In this document: positions 14,664 through 24,869 of the stretch, piece after piece
Numbering within the stretch: the stretch's first letter is position 1
How the letters are laid out: each line of letters starts with the position of its first letter
DNA from: an uncultured Candidatus Rokubacteria bacterium
GTDB taxonomy: Bacteria > Methylomirabilota > Methylomirabilia > Rokubacteriales > CSP1-6
DNA: 64,000 bases
Assembly (NCBI GenBank): GCA_963758635.1
Contig: CAVWWD010000003.1
Span: 544,001 to 608,000 of the forward strand
Reading direction: 5' to 3'
The notes under the pieces: model-generated
Seen by the model: only the letters and a program-made list of their open reading frames with translations
Told to the model about the DNA's origin: nothing
The model's database searches: none
Position numbers and translations under genes: made by a program

Positions 14664-15116
14664 ATGGCTGCCGACGGCTACTACAGGATCGTGGTTCCCA
14701 CGGATTTCTCCGACTGCTCCCGCGCGGCCTGGACCGAGGCGCAACGGCTGGCGCGCGCGTTCGGCTCCGAGCTGATCCTGGTCCACGTCCTCGTCGAGCC
14801 GGCGCCGTTCTCGGGGGCGCCGTTCGGACTGGGGGTCGGCCGGGAGTTCTACGACGCGATCCGGCGCTGGGCCGACGGCGAGCTCCAGCGCTGGATCGAG
14901 CCCGCGAAGGCCGCCGGGCTCGCCGCCCGCGGGGAGATGCGGACGGGCGTCGCCCACCGCGAGATCGTCGATCTGGCGACGGACGAGCGGGCGGATCTCA
15001 TCGTGATCGGAACGCACGGCCGCGGGGGCGTCGACCGCGCGCTGCTCGGCAGCGTGGCCGATCGGGTGCTCCGGGTCGCCCCGTGCCCGGTGCTGGCCGT
15101 GCGCGCGCCCGCGTGA
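14664..15116 (+). CDS. Universal stress protein
   Basis: IVVPTDFS ... DLIVIGTHGRGG...LLGSVA. Confidence 0.93.
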   Translation: MAADGYYRIVVPTDFSDCSRAAWTEAQRLARAFGSELILVHVLVEPAPFSGAPFGLGVGREFYDAIRRWADGELQRWIEPAKAAGLAARGEMRTGVAHREIVDLATDERADLIVIGTHGRGGVDRALLGSVADRVLRVAPCPVLAVRAPA

Positions 15117-15177
15117 GGCGTCGCGGGCAGGGACACGCGGCCGGCTGTCCGGGCGCGGGTCCCTGCCCGTGCGCTCC

Positions 15178-16005
15178 TCAGTGGGACAGGAGGACCGGGA
15201 CGGTCATGGACCGCAGCAGGTTCCGGGTCGCCCCGCCCAGGATCATCTCGCGTAGCCGGGTGTGGCCGTACGCCCCCATGACGATGAGGTCGTTGCCGTG
15301 GTCCGCGGCGTACGAGAGCAGCAGCTCGCCCACCGCCACGTCGCTGCCCTTCAGCACGGTGGTCTGCACGGGCGCGCCGTGCCGGCTGAGGTGGAGCGCG
15401 ATGTCGCCGCCGGGCAGGCGCGGCTCGCCGGTCTCCTCGGGATCGATCGAGAGCACGGTGACCAGCTTGGCCGCCTGGAGGATCGGCAGCGCATCGTGCA
15501 CGGCCCGGGTGGCCTCGCGGCTGCCGTTCCACGCGACGAGCACGTTGTCGCCGGCCGTCGGGAACGTGCCATAGCGCGGCACGATCAGGACGGGGCGGCC
15601 CACCGCGAGGGCGAGGTGCGCGGGCAGCGCCTCGAGGGCGCCCGAGGCCTGGCCGATGTCGATCCCCTGGCCGGCGATGATGAGGTCGGCGTAGCGTGCA
15701 TGGACGGTCGCCACGTCGAGCACGTGGCCCTCGGCCATGCGCCACTCGGTGCGCGCGGTGGTCCCCCGCATCCGCTCGCGGAAGAGCGCTTCGGCGCGCC
15801 GGGCTCCCGCCTCGAGCTCGCGGCGCTGCTCCACCTCCAGGGCCAGCGGCGCCGTCATGTCGGCGTAGACGATGAACGGATGCGGCATGACGTGAAGGCC
15901 GGTGAGATGCGCGTCGTGCGTCTCGGCCAGCCGGCGGGCGATGTCGAGTCGGGACGCGCAGGCCGGATCGTTGTCGACGATGACGAGCAGGTCCTTGAGC
16001 GCCAT
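15178..16005 (-). CDS. Universal stress protein (tandem domain)
   Basis: LVAWNGSREATRA, DLIVMGAYGHTRLREMILGGAT. Confidence 0.93.
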   Translation of the reverse strand: MALKDLLVIVDNDPACASRLDIARRLAETHDAHLTGLHVMPHPFIVYADMTAPLALEVEQRRELEAGARRAEALFRERMRGTTARTEWRMAEGHVLDVATVHARYADLIIAGQGIDIGQASGALEALPAHLALAVGRPVLIVPRYGTFPTAGDNVLVAWNGSREATRAVHDALPILQAAKLVTVLSIDPEETGEPRLPGGDIALHLSRHGAPVQTTVLKGSDVAVGELLLSYAADHGNDLIVMGAYGHTRLREMILGGATRNLLRSMTVPVLLSH

Positions 16006-16113
16006 TGGTCTCTCCCTTGGCCGGCGTCCCGGCCGGACGTGGTGGCTGCGTGCTCCGCCGCCCGAGCCGCCGCCTTCAGCGGCTCTTGGGCGCCCTCCTC
16101 GAGATCAGCATTG

Positions 16114-16128
16114 GCAAGCCGTGGGCCA
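16114..16128 (-). promoter_or_regulatory. Sigma54 -24/-12 promoter
   Basis: Minus strand TGGCCCACGGCTTGC upstream of the Usp starting at 16005. Confidence 0.6.
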
Positions 16129-16298
16129 CCGGCTGTCCCGCCAGGGATTCAGCAACTTGTGAAACGCTGGGCGGAGGAGGTGGGGAGGCGCTGTCACGGC
16201 CGCACGCCGGGGTGAGGCGGACTCGCCCCACCCGGCCGTCCACCACGCATGGCGAAACCGTCGATTCGGCGGCGGATCCTTCTTGGCGCCCGCGTTGC

Positions 16299-17483
16299 TC
16301 AGCAGGCGCCGTGCGCCCGGCCGACGCGCCGGAACGCGGACACGCACTCCTCCAGGTGAGCCTGGGTGTGCGCGGCGCTCACCTGCACGCGGATGCGGGC
16401 CGTCCCGCGCGGCACCACCGGAAACGCGAAGCCCACGACGTAGATTCCCTCGCGGAGGAGGTCGGCGGCCATCGCCACGGCCCGCCGCTCGTCGCCCAGC
16501 ATGACGGGCACGATGGGGTGCTCGCCGGAGCGGATCGCGAAGCCCGCCTCGGTCATGGCGGCGCGGAACCAGCGCGTGTTCGCGGCGAGGCGCTCGCGGC
16601 GCTCGCCGCTCTCCGAGAGCAGGGCGAGGCAGGCGAGCGCGGCGGCGACCAGGGCGGGGGGCAGGGTGTTCGAGAAGAGATACGGGCGCGAGCGCTGCCG
16701 CAGCATCCCCACGATCTCGCGGCGGGCGCTGGTGAAGCCGCCGCTGGCGCCGCCGAGCGCCTTGCCGAGCGTGGAGGTCACGATGTCGACGCGGTCCGCC
16801 ACGCCGCAGTGCTCGGGCGTGCCGCGCCCGGTGGGTCCGAAGAAGCCGGTGGCGTGGCTGTCGTCAACCATCACGAGCGCGTCGTGGCGCTCGGCGAGGT
16901 CGCAGATCTCGCGGAGCGGCGCCACGTCACCATCCATGGAGAAGACGCCGTCGGTGGCGATGAGCCGGGTCCGCGCGCCGCGCGCGTCGTCGAGCGCGCG
17001 GGCGAGCGCGGCGATGTCCCCGTGCTCGTACCGGAGCCGTCGCGCGCGGCAGAGCCGGATCCCGTCGATGATCGACGCGTGGTTGAGGGCGTCGGAGATG
17101 ACGGCGTCCTCCTCGCCCAGGACGGTCTCGAAGAGCCCGCCGTTGGCGTCGAAGCAGGAGGTGTAGAGGATCGTGTCCTCGGCGCCCAGGAACCGGCTGA
17201 TCGCCGTCTCCAGCTCCCGGTGGATCGTCTGGGTGCCGCAGATGAACCGGACGCTGGACAGGCCGAAGCCCCAGCGCGCGAGGCCGGCCTGCGCGGCGGC
17301 GACGAGCCGGGGATCGTCGGCCAGGCCCAGGTAGTTGTTCGCGCAGAAGTTGAGCACGGACCGCCCCGCCACCGTCACGGTGGCGCCCTGCGGGCTCTCG
17401 ATGAGCCGCTCCTCCTTGTAGAGGCCGCCCGCGCGCAGGGCGTCGAGCTCGGCGCCGAGGCGCTCCTTCACCGCTCCGTACAT
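16299..17483 (-). CDS. kbl: Glycine C-acetyltransferase (2-amino-3-ketobutyrate CoA ligase)
   Basis: [50 protein letters not shown]. Confidence 0.96.
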   Translation of the reverse strand: MYGAVKERLGAELDALRAGGLYKEERLIESPQGATVTVAGRSVLNFCANNYLGLADDPRLVAAAQAGLARWGFGLSSVRFICGTQTIHRELETAISRFLGAEDTILYTSCFDANGGLFETVLGEEDAVISDALNHASIIDGIRLCRARRLRYEHGDIAALARALDDARGARTRLIATDGVFSMDGDVAPLREICDLAERHDALVMVDDSHATGFFGPTGRGTPEHCGVADRVDIVTSTLGKALGGASGGFTSARREIVGMLRQRSRPYLFSNTLPPALVAAALACLALLSESGERRERLAANTRWFRAAMTEAGFAIRSGEHPIVPVMLGDERRAVAMAADLLREGIYVVGFAFPVVPRGTARIRVQVSAAHTQAHLEECVSAFRRVGRAHGAC

Positions 17484-17496
17484 GGCCGTCGCCTCC

Positions 17497-18519
17497 TCAT
17501 GAGCCGCCGTAGCGGCGCCGGATCGCCGGGATCAGGTAGTCGTTCAGCGCGCCGTCGAAGTCGTGACGGGGCGCGAAGCCCCAGTCGCGCCGCGCGCGCG
17601 CGTCGTCCAGCTCCTCCGGCCACGAGTCCACGATGGCCTGGCGCCGCGCGTCGGGCTCGAACGTGATGCGCGCGGCCGGAAACGCTGTCCGCACCCGGGC
17701 CGCCCACTCGCCGGCCGTCGCCGCGAACGCCCTCACGTTGTACACGCTCGACGTGAGTCCGCCGGCCGGCGGCTCGAGGAGCGCCACGAGCGCGCGGCTC
17801 GCGTCCGGCATGGCCATGAACGGGATGCGCGTGTCCTCGCGCACGAAGCAGGCGTACGGTCGGCCCTGCGCCGCGGCGTGGAGCATCTCCGGCGCGTAGT
17901 CGCTGGTGCCCCCGGACGGCACCGTCTCCGCGGAGACCAGGCCCGGAAAGCGGATGGCGCGGAAGTCCACGCCCGGGCGCTCCCCGGGGGCGAGCTGCCG
18001 GTAGTGCCGCCCGAAGTAGCGGCCGAGGTGCTCGGCGTGGAGCTTGGTGCAGCCGTACATCGTGACGGGCACGGTCCACCGGTGCTCGTCCACGGGGCCG
18101 GACGTCCGCTTCGTGTCGAGATCGGGCATCCCGTACACGGCGATCGAGCTGGGGAGCAGGAACCGGATCGGATGCCCGTGGGCGCGGGCCTCCTCGAGCG
18201 CGAGCCCGAGGAGGTTCAGCGTGCCCTGCACGTTCACGTCGTGGGCCGTCTCCGGGATGAACTCGGCGCGCGTGGAGAGGATGGCGGCGAGATGGAAGAT
18301 GGCCGCGATCTCGAACTCGGCGCGGAGCCGGTCGAGGAGATGGCGATCCAGGATGTCACCGACCACGGCGTGCGCGCACCGGGCGGCGACGGAGGGATCG
18401 ATCGGACGCGTGTCGAGGGCGACCACGTCGTGATCCTCGCGCGCGGTGAGGTGCCGCACGAGATCGTGGCCCATCTCTCCCGCCGCTCCGGTCACCAGGA
18501 CGATCGGCCTGCGCGCCAT
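17497..18519 (-). CDS. Extended-SDR NAD-dependent epimerase/dehydratase, probable L-threonine 3-dehydrogenase
   Basis: [28 protein letters not shown]; co-oriented directly upstream of kbl. Confidence 0.85.
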   Translation of the reverse strand: MARRPIVLVTGAAGEMGHDLVRHLTAREDHDVVALDTRPIDPSVAARCAHAVVGDILDRHLLDRLRAEFEIAAIFHLAAILSTRAEFIPETAHDVNVQGTLNLLGLALEEARAHGHPIRFLLPSSIAVYGMPDLDTKRTSGPVDEHRWTVPVTMYGCTKLHAEHLGRYFGRHYRQLAPGERPGVDFRAIRFPGLVSAETVPSGGTSDYAPEMLHAAAQGRPYACFVREDTRIPFMAMPDASRALVALLEPPAGGLTSSVYNVRAFAATAGEWAARVRTAFPAARITFEPDARRQAIVDSWPEELDDARARRDWGFAPRHDFDGALNDYLIPAIRRRYGGS

Positions 18520-18816
18520 CGACGGCTCCCGCCGCCCGCGAAGGCGGCCAGCACGTTGAAGATTCGGATGGGCGTGACGCCGCGGATGCGCGGCGACCGC
18601 GCGATCCCTGCGGCGATGCTCCATACAAACGGGCATTCGACCCGATGTCTCTCGTGGAGTCTAGCGTTGGTCTGGCCGCGCTGGCTCATGCGATTCGTCG
18701 GCCGCGTGACGGTCGAGGGTGTGAACCGCTCGAGCGCCGTCTCCCTCGGGTCATGACGACCCATCCACCCACGCGCCCGCGAGGCCAGACCCTCGCGCCA
18801 CACGTCCCCGGAAGGC

Positions 18817-18832
18817 TGGCACCGGGGATGCA
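18817..18832 (+). promoter_or_regulatory. Sigma54 -24/-12 promoter
   Basis: TGGCACCGGGGATGCA upstream of ATG 18968. Confidence 0.65.
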
Positions 18833-18967
18833 AAAGCCAGGAAGCAGTAGATAATCGTCGTGAATGTCCGCGGTCGCGAGGCCAGGTGCCGCGCGAGGGC
18901 CGTGGAGGCTCCTGGCTCCTGCGGTCGCGACGGTCCCAAAACAGGCGGACACGAGGAGGAAGCGAGA

Positions 18968-19741
18968 ATGAGATCAGCGATGACAATGGCCTTGGCGGTC
19001 GCGATCGCAGTGTCACCTGCGGTGAGCGCAGCTCAGACGACGTGCCCGGAGCTGGAGGCGGCCAAGGCAGCGTACGCGGGCAAGCTATCGGCCAGCAACC
19101 TGAAGGACTCCGACGTCAAGACGCCTCGGAGCTTGGCCGGCGCCAGGAAGCAGACCGAGGCTGCGCGCCAGAGCCAGCAGGAGGCGCCACGGCAGAGCCA
19201 GCAGGAAGCCCCGCGCCAGAGTGGGCAGGAAGCGCCCCGGCAGAGCCAGCAGGAGGCGCCACGGCAGAGCCAGCAGGAAGCCGCCCCGCCAGAGCCAGCA
19301 GGAAGCGCCCCGCCAGAGCAGCAGGAAGCCCCCCGCCAGAGCGTGCAGCAGGCGCCACGGCAGAGCCAGCAGGAAGCCCCGCGCCAGAGCCAGCAGGAAG
19401 CCCCGCGCCAGAGCGCGGCAGGAAGCGCCCCCGCCAGAGCGTCCAGCAGGCGCCACGGCAGAGCCAGCAGGAGGCCCCGCGCCAGAGCGGGCAGGAAGCG
19501 CCCCGCGCCAGAGCAGCAGGAAGCCCCCCGCCAGAGCGTGCAGCAGGCGCCACGGCAGAGCCAGCAGGAGGCCCCGCGCCAGAGCGTCCAGGAGGCGCCG
19601 CGGCAGAGCCAGCAGGAAGCGCCCCACTCCACGCTGAGCAGGGCGAAGGGGCTCATCGCCGAGGCTGAGGCCGCTTGCAAGGCCGGCAAGACGACGGAGG
19701 CGGCCAGCAAGGCGAACGCAGCCCTCGGCTTGCTGAAGTAG
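18968..19741 (+). CDS. Exported protein with about 19 RQSQQEAP repeats between two Cys-containing helical ends
   Basis: GAGGAGG SD; signal peptide MRSAMTMALAVAIAVSPAVSAA; local indels in the repeat tract swap frames. Confidence 0.75.
   Translation: MRSAMTMALAVAIAVSPAVSAAQTTCPELEAAKAAYAGKLSASNLKDSDVKTPRSLAGARKQTEAARQSQQEAPRQSQQEAPRQSGQEAPRQSQQEAPRQSQQEAAPPEPAGSAPPEQQEAPRQSVQQAPRQSQQEAPRQSQQEAPRQSAAGSAPARASSRRHGRASRRPRARAGRKRPAPEQQEAPRQSVQQAPRQSQQEAPRQSVQEAPRQSQQEAPHSTLSRAKGLIAEAEAACKAGKTTEAASKANAALGLLK
19166..19625 (+). repeat. 24-bp tandem repeat, about 19 copies
   Basis: Unit approximately CG(C/G)CAGAGCCAGCAGGA(A/G)GC(C/G)CC(A/G/C). Confidence 0.92.
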
Positions 19742-19905
19742 CCGGGATCTTCACGCGCGCGAGCGGGGCAGCACGTTCCGGCGCCCCGCTCGCGCCGCCG
19801 GACGGCCTCACAGCGTGGGGCGCCGGCGCCCCGCCCGCGGCGATCCGGTCCCACGGCAATCGCGCACACCTGCCGGGAACTGCCTGATCGTGAAGGAGTA
19901 CTCGG

Positions 19906-19921
19906 CGGCACTCCGGTTGCA
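19906..19921 (+). promoter_or_regulatory. Sigma54 -24/-12 promoter
   Basis: CGGCACTCCGGTTGCA upstream of ATG 20033. Confidence 0.65.
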
Positions 19922-20032
19922 CACCTCACCCGATGGGAAGCTGCTCCGGGCGGCTGCGCGTGCGCCATCGCGAGATGGCCCGCGAGGCTTGGGCCGTCGG
20001 CCGGCCTGAGGGTCCCTGAAGGAGGGGCACCG

Positions 20033-20717
20033 ATGCTGATCCAGGACGTGATGCGATCGGACGTGGCGGTGGTGCCGCCGTCGACGCGGCTGGCGGACAT
20101 CCTGGCCATCCTGCAGCGGCGCGGGGTTCGCCACGTGCCCGTCGTGAACGACGGCGTGGTGGTCGGGATCGTGTCCGACCGCGACCTCAAGGCCGCCCTG
20201 CTGTCGGCGGCCATCGCCCGGCCCCACGACACGCAGGGGGCGCCCTACCGTCGGCTCACGGCCTCGGACGTCATGACGAGCCCGGTGATCGCGATCGCGC
20301 CGATGTGCCCGGTCGAGGAGGCGGCCCAGCTCATGGTCACCAAGCGCATCAGCGCGCTGCCCGTCACCGCCGGCGGCCGGCTCGTGGGCATCGTCACGGA
20401 AACCGACGTGCTCGACATGCTGGTCCGCGCCATGGGCGCGGCGGAGCCGTCCAGCCGGCTGGACGTTGTTCTCACGGGGGGGGACGACCTCACCGACGTG
20501 GTGACGACGGTGGAAGCGCACGGGTGCCGGATCTCGAGCCTGATGACGCTGGCCGACGCCGCAGGGCGTCGAGGGCTCGCGATCCGCGTGGCGACCATCG
20601 ATCCCGGAGCGGCCATCCGGGCGCTCGAGGCGAAGGGCTACGCGCGTGCGCGACTCGTGGCGCGGCCGACCGATCAGCGCAGATCGGAGCGATGGCGGCA
20701 ACGGCGTGCCTCGGTGA
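20033..20717 (+). CDS. CBS-pair + ACT domain protein (AcuB-like); frameshift near 3' end
   Basis: RHVPVV...GIVSDRDL, ISALPV...GIVTETD, EPSSRLDV. The track ORF runs into the next gene; a shift near 20645 gives VRDSWRG... and a stop at 20717. Confidence 0.8.
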
Positions 20718-20783
20718 AACGAGCGAGGGCGCGCAGTGAACACGATCCCGGTGAAGACCGAGTAGGGGGAAAGGAGCTTGCTC

Positions 20784-21227
20784 ATGAAGCTGCGCCGTGT
20801 CCTGCATCCGTCGGATTTCTCCCGCGCCTCCGCCGCCGCGTTCACGCGCGCCGTGGCGCTCGCGAAGGCGAGCCGCGCCGAGCTGGTGCTGGCCCACGTG
20901 ATGAGCTTGCCGGTGCCGATGGCCGGCGACGGCTACATCCCCCCCAGGGTCTGGGAGGAGATGGAGGCCTCGAGCCGCGCGTATGCGCAGAAGCAGATCG
21001 ACGCTCTGGTCGCGAAGGCGAGGAAGGCGGGCGTGCGGGTCAAGACGCTGCTCCTCACGGGCGTGCCCCACGAGCGCATCGTGAAAGCGGCGCGATCGCA
21101 GCGGGCCGACCTGGTCGTGATGGGGACGCACGGCCGCACCGGTCTGCAGCGCTTCTTCCTGGGAAGCGTGGCCGAGCGCGTCGTGGCGTCGGCCGGCTGT
21201 CCCGTGATGACGGTGCGGGGCAAGTAG
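20784..21227 (+). CDS. Universal stress protein
   Basis: VLHPSDFS, DLVVMGTHGRTG...FLGSVAE; AAGGAG SD. Confidence 0.93.
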   Translation: MKLRRVLHPSDFSRASAAAFTRAVALAKASRAELVLAHVMSLPVPMAGDGYIPPRVWEEMEASSRAYAQKQIDALVAKARKAGVRVKTLLLTGVPHERIVKAARSQRADLVVMGTHGRTGLQRFFLGSVAERVVASAGCPVMTVRGK

Positions 21228-21273
21228 CGCCCCCATGGCTGACGGCTGGCGCGTGCCCGTTCTTGCGCCGGCG

Positions 21274-21690
21274 TCAGCCCTGAGCGTTCCGGAACGCGCG
21301 CAGTACGTCCACGTAGCTCACGATGCCGACCACGCGTCGCGAGTGCCTCTCCACCACCGGCACCGCGCCCACGCGGCTCTCCAGCATGAGGTCGACCAGC
21401 TCGTCGAGGCCATCCTCGGGACCGACCGTGATCACCTCCGGCGTCATCACCTTCACGACCGGCCGGGCGAGATGCGCTCGCAGGCCCTCGACGCCCTCGT
21501 CGCCGATGAGGCGCCCCAGGTCCAGCGAGCCGAGGTCACGGTCGCTCACGATGCCGACGAGGGCGCCCTCGCGATCCACGATCGGCACGTGCCGGATGTC
21601 GCGCTCGTGCATGAGCTCGGCGGCGTCGGCGACCGTCGCGTGCTCGGTCAACGTCATCGGATCTTTCGTCATCAGGTCTCTGGCGATCAT
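21274..21690 (-). CDS. CBS domain protein
   Basis: IRHVPIV...GIVSDRDL; GAVPVV...GIVSYVDVL. Confidence 0.92.
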   Translation of the reverse strand: MIARDLMTKDPMTLTEHATVADAAELMHERDIRHVPIVDREGALVGIVSDRDLGSLDLGRLIGDEGVEGLRAHLARPVVKVMTPEVITVGPEDGLDELVDLMLESRVGAVPVVERHSRRVVGIVSYVDVLRAFRNAQG

Positions 21691-21712
21691 CGGCGTTCCC
21701 TCCCGAGGCCGG

Positions 21713-22288
21713 TCATGCCGGCTGTCCGCGCCGGCCTGCCCGCTCGACCGAGCGCTTCGCGGCCACCGCCTCGCCGCGGATCCGGTCGCGGCACGCCGCG
21801 CAGATCAGGTCATCGGACGGCGTCGCGCACGTGATGCAGTAGGGCAGCGGAGCGTCGGCGACCGCGCCGGTCGCGGGCGCCCCCGCCGGCTCCTCCCCGG
21901 GACGGGCGAGGGGCACGGCGAGGACGGGGCAGGGCGCCAGCCGGAGCACGGCCTCGGCCACGCTGCCCAGGAGCACGCGGCTCATTCCGGTGCGCCCGTG
22001 CGTGCCGATCACGATCAGGTCGATGGCGTTGGCGCGGGCGTACCGGACGATGGCGGTCGCGGCGGATCCGCCGAGCACCGCGGTCCTGACGGCCAGGCCG
22101 CTCTCGGCCAGCGACTGCGCCTCGACCTGCAGGCGCGCGGTCGTCACGGCAGGATCCGTGAGGCGCGGCACCACGTGGACCACGTGGAGGCACGCGCCCG
22201 TCTCCCCGGCAAGGCGCGCGGCATGGACGCGGGCGCCGTCCCCCGCCTCGGAGAAATCCGTCGCGAAGAGCACGTTCGCAATCTTCAT
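21713..22288 (-). CDS. Universal stress protein with C-terminal CxxC-x8-CxxC tail
   Basis: VLFATDFS, IGTHGRTG...LGSVAE, then CITCATPSDDLICAAC. Confidence 0.88.
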   Translation of the reverse strand: MKIANVLFATDFSEAGDGARVHAARLAGETGACLHVVHVVPRLTDPAVTTARLQVEAQSLAESGLAVRTAVLGGSAATAIVRYARANAIDLIVIGTHGRTGMSRVLLGSVAEAVLRLAPCPVLAVPLARPGEEPAGAPATGAVADAPLPYCITCATPSDDLICAACRDRIRGEAVAAKRSVERAGRRGQPA

Positions 22289-22316
22289 GGGCAACCCTCC
22301 CAGGGGACTGCCAACC

Positions 22317-22331
22317 GCAAGGGGGATGCCA
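22317..22331 (-). promoter_or_regulatory. Sigma54 -24/-12 promoter
   Basis: Minus strand TGGCATCCCCCTTGC, 29 nt before ATG 22288. Confidence 0.7.
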
Positions 22332-22508
22332 GGAGGGCGGTCACGTCGAACCGATTGATTTCCCGGGGCGTCGGGCGGGACGCGCGGGGCCCGGTGTGAG
22401 GCCGGGCTGACCCGGCGGGGCGCGGCGGCCACACGCCGCCGGCCTCGGCGCGGGGCTCACGGTCGCGCGTCGCGACAGGTCGGGTCGGTTGTGATACGGT
22501 CGCCGACG

Positions 22509-22961
22509 ATGAGGCCGGCCACCCTCGCTTTGCTCGTCGCGTGCCTGATCGGCCTCCCCGCCGGCGTCGGCGCCTTCACCTTCGTCTACGCGAAGGGCTT
22601 CTCGTACCTGTCCACCGACCCGCGCGCCTGCGTGAACTGCCACGTCATGAACGAGCAGTACGACGGCTGGCTGAAGAGCGGCCATCGCCACGTGGCCGGG
22701 TGCGTGGCCTGCCACCTGCCCGACGCCGGGATCGCCAAGTGGGTGACGAAGGCCCAGCACGGGTTCCGGCACTCGGTGGCGTTCACGCTCCAGAACTTCA
22801 AGGAGCCGATCGAGATCACGCCCGCGGATCGCGACATCGTGCGGGTCAACTGCGTGCGGTGCCACGAGCCGCTGGTGCACGCCGTGGCCGCCGACGCGCG
22901 GCGGCGCGAGCTCGACTGCCTGCACTGCCATGCCACCGCCGGCCACGGGGCGGGCGGATGA
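22509..22961 (+). CDS. nrfH: Cytochrome c nitrite reductase small subunit
   Basis: N-terminal TM helix; [29 protein letters not shown]; upstream of nrfA. Confidence 0.95.
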   Translation: MRPATLALLVACLIGLPAGVGAFTFVYAKGFSYLSTDPRACVNCHVMNEQYDGWLKSGHRHVAGCVACHLPDAGIAKWVTKAQHGFRHSVAFTLQNFKEPIEITPADRDIVRVNCVRCHEPLVHAVAADARRRELDCLHCHATAGHGAGG

Positions 22962-22989
22962 GCCGGGCCGGCGCCGGAGGAGGATCGCC

Positions 22990-24393
22990 ATGAGCACGCC
23001 GCATCCATCGGGGGCCCGGCGCAGGCGCGCCTGGCTGGCCGTGCTGGCCGCGTTCGCCGCCGTCGCCGGCGTCACGATCCTGCTGCTCGCGCTCTTGACC
23101 AACATCTTCGAGCGGAAGCAGGAGGCGCGGCAGCCGTTCGTGCGGCTCGTGGAGGTGACCGAGGACACGGCGGACCCGAAGCCATGGGGGCAGAACTGGC
23201 CGGCGCAGTACGATACCTATCTCAAGACGTCGCTGCCGACCACGACCCGCTTCGGCGGCCGGGGCGCGGGCGCGAGCGACGGCGGCCCCGCGGCGCAGAA
23301 GCTCGACCGCGACCCCTGGCTCAAGCGCATCTTCGCCGGCTACGCGTTCAGCATCGACTACCGCGATCGCCGCGGCCACGCCTTCGCCCTCTTCGACCAG
23401 GAGCAGACGCTCCGCGTCACGGAGCGGAAGCAGCCGGGCGCGTGCATGCAGTGCCACGCCTCCAACCTGCCGCTCTATCGCTTCGCCGGCCAGGGCGACG
23501 TGCAGAAGGGGTTCGAGAAGATCTCGGGCATGCCGTACCAGGAGGCGCGCGGCCTGAAGGACGACAAGGGCCAGCCGCTCGTGCAGCACTCGATCTCCTG
23601 CCTGGACTGCCACGAGCCGAAGACCATGGGCCTGCGCGTGACGCGGCCCGGCTTCATCGCCGGCATCAAGGCGCTCAAGGCCAAGCAGGGCGTGGCCGAC
23701 TACGACCCGAACCGCGACGCCACGCGCCAGGAGCTCAGGTCGTTCGTGTGCGGGCAGTGCCACGTCGAGTACTACTTCAAGGGCGAGGGCAAGGTCGTGA
23801 CGTACCCGTGGGCCAACGGGCTCCGCGTCGAGGAGATCGAGGCGTACTACGACCGCGAGGGCTTCTCCGACTGGACCCACGCGGAGACCGGCAACAAGGT
23901 GCTGAAGGCCCAGCACCCCGAGTTCGAGGTGTGGTCGCAGGGCATCCACGCGCGCTCCGGCGTCGCGTGCGCGGACTGTCACATGCCCTACCAGCGGATC
24001 GGCGCCCAGAAGGTGAGCGACCACTGGGTGCGGAGCCCGCTCCTGAACGTGAACCGCGCGTGCCAGACGTGCCATGCCGTGCCCGAGCAGGAGCTGGCGG
24101 CCCGCGTGCTCAACATCCAGGACCGCCATCACACGCTGCTCCAGCGCGCGGCGAAGGCGACCACGGACATGCTCGACGCCATCGTGGCCGCGCGGAAAGC
24201 CGGCGCCAGCGATGGTGACCTCGCCGCCGCCGCGGCCGCGCACCGGAAGGCCCAGTGGCGGCTCGACTTCGTGGCCGCCGAGAACTCGATGGGGTTCCAC
24301 GCGCCCCAGGAGATGGCGCGGATCCTGGGCGAGACGATCGACTTCGCCCGGCAGGGCCAGCTCGAAGCGGAGCGCGCCACGCGGAAGAAGTAG
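22990..24393 (+). CDS. nrfA: Ammonia-forming cytochrome c nitrite reductase
   Basis: Five heme motifs ([30 protein letters not shown]), [19 protein letters not shown]. Confidence 0.95.
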   Translation: MSTPHPSGARRRRAWLAVLAAFAAVAGVTILLLALLTNIFERKQEARQPFVRLVEVTEDTADPKPWGQNWPAQYDTYLKTSLPTTTRFGGRGAGASDGGPAAQKLDRDPWLKRIFAGYAFSIDYRDRRGHAFALFDQEQTLRVTERKQPGACMQCHASNLPLYRFAGQGDVQKGFEKISGMPYQEARGLKDDKGQPLVQHSISCLDCHEPKTMGLRVTRPGFIAGIKALKAKQGVADYDPNRDATRQELRSFVCGQCHVEYYFKGEGKVVTYPWANGLRVEEIEAYYDREGFSDWTHAETGNKVLKAQHPEFEVWSQGIHARSGVACADCHMPYQRIGAQKVSDHWVRSPLLNVNRACQTCHAVPEQELAARVLNIQDRHHTLLQRAAKATTDMLDAIVAARKAGASDGDLAAAAAAHRKAQWRLDFVAAENSMGFHAPQEMARILGETIDFARQGQLEAERATRKK

Positions 24394-24408
24394 CGGCGAG
24401 CCGGGCCG

Positions 24409-24847
24409 GTGCCGCCGCTCGTCCGCCGCTACGTCAAGACGAGCTTCGTCGTTCCTCGTGGCCGGCCTGCTCCTGGGCGGCTACCTGGTCACGGCCCAGT
24501 TCGTCCTCGGCTCGTACCCCTCGCGGCTCCTCGTGACCGCCCACGTGCACCTCTTGCTGGTGGGCTTCATGCTGATGATCGTGATGGGGGTGGCCACGTG
24601 GATGTTCCCGCGGCCGGCGCGCGACGACACGCGGTACCGTCCCGAGCTGGCCGAGACCGTCTACTGGGTGCTGGCCGTCGCCACCGCGCTCCGGGCCGCC
24701 GGCGAGGTGCTCCTCGGCGTGACCGGCGCCGCGCCGCTCCGCTGGATGATCGCCGCGGGCGGTCTCGGGCAGCTCGTGGCGGCCGGCCTCTTCGTCCTGA
24801 ACATGTGGGGCCGGATCCGCATGCCCGCCGCGGCCGCGGGTCGCTGA
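24409..24847 (+). CDS. Small 4-TM membrane protein with AHVH motif (heme-copper oxidase subunit I-like fragment family), frameshifted
   Basis: MPPLVRRYVKTSF, then after a shift FLVAGLLLGGY...TAHVHLLLVGFMLMIVMGVATWMFPR. Confidence 0.65.
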
Positions 24848-24869
24848 CGCGGGAGCGGCGGCCCGCTCG

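Noticed and set aside
19166..19625. CRISPR array
   Set aside because: Contiguous coding 24-bp units with no unique spacers and no cas genes.
20697..20711. Minus-strand sigma54 site AGGCACGCCGTTGC
   Set aside because: GG-to-GC spacing is 9 rather than 10, and no minus-strand gene follows.
20033..21283. 416-aa CBS-Usp fusion
   Set aside because: The tail is out of frame with the Usp gene, which has its own SD and ATG; a frameshift read-through.
22354..22370. FNR box upstream of nrfH
   Set aside because: Only a TTGAT half-site; no ATCAA partner.
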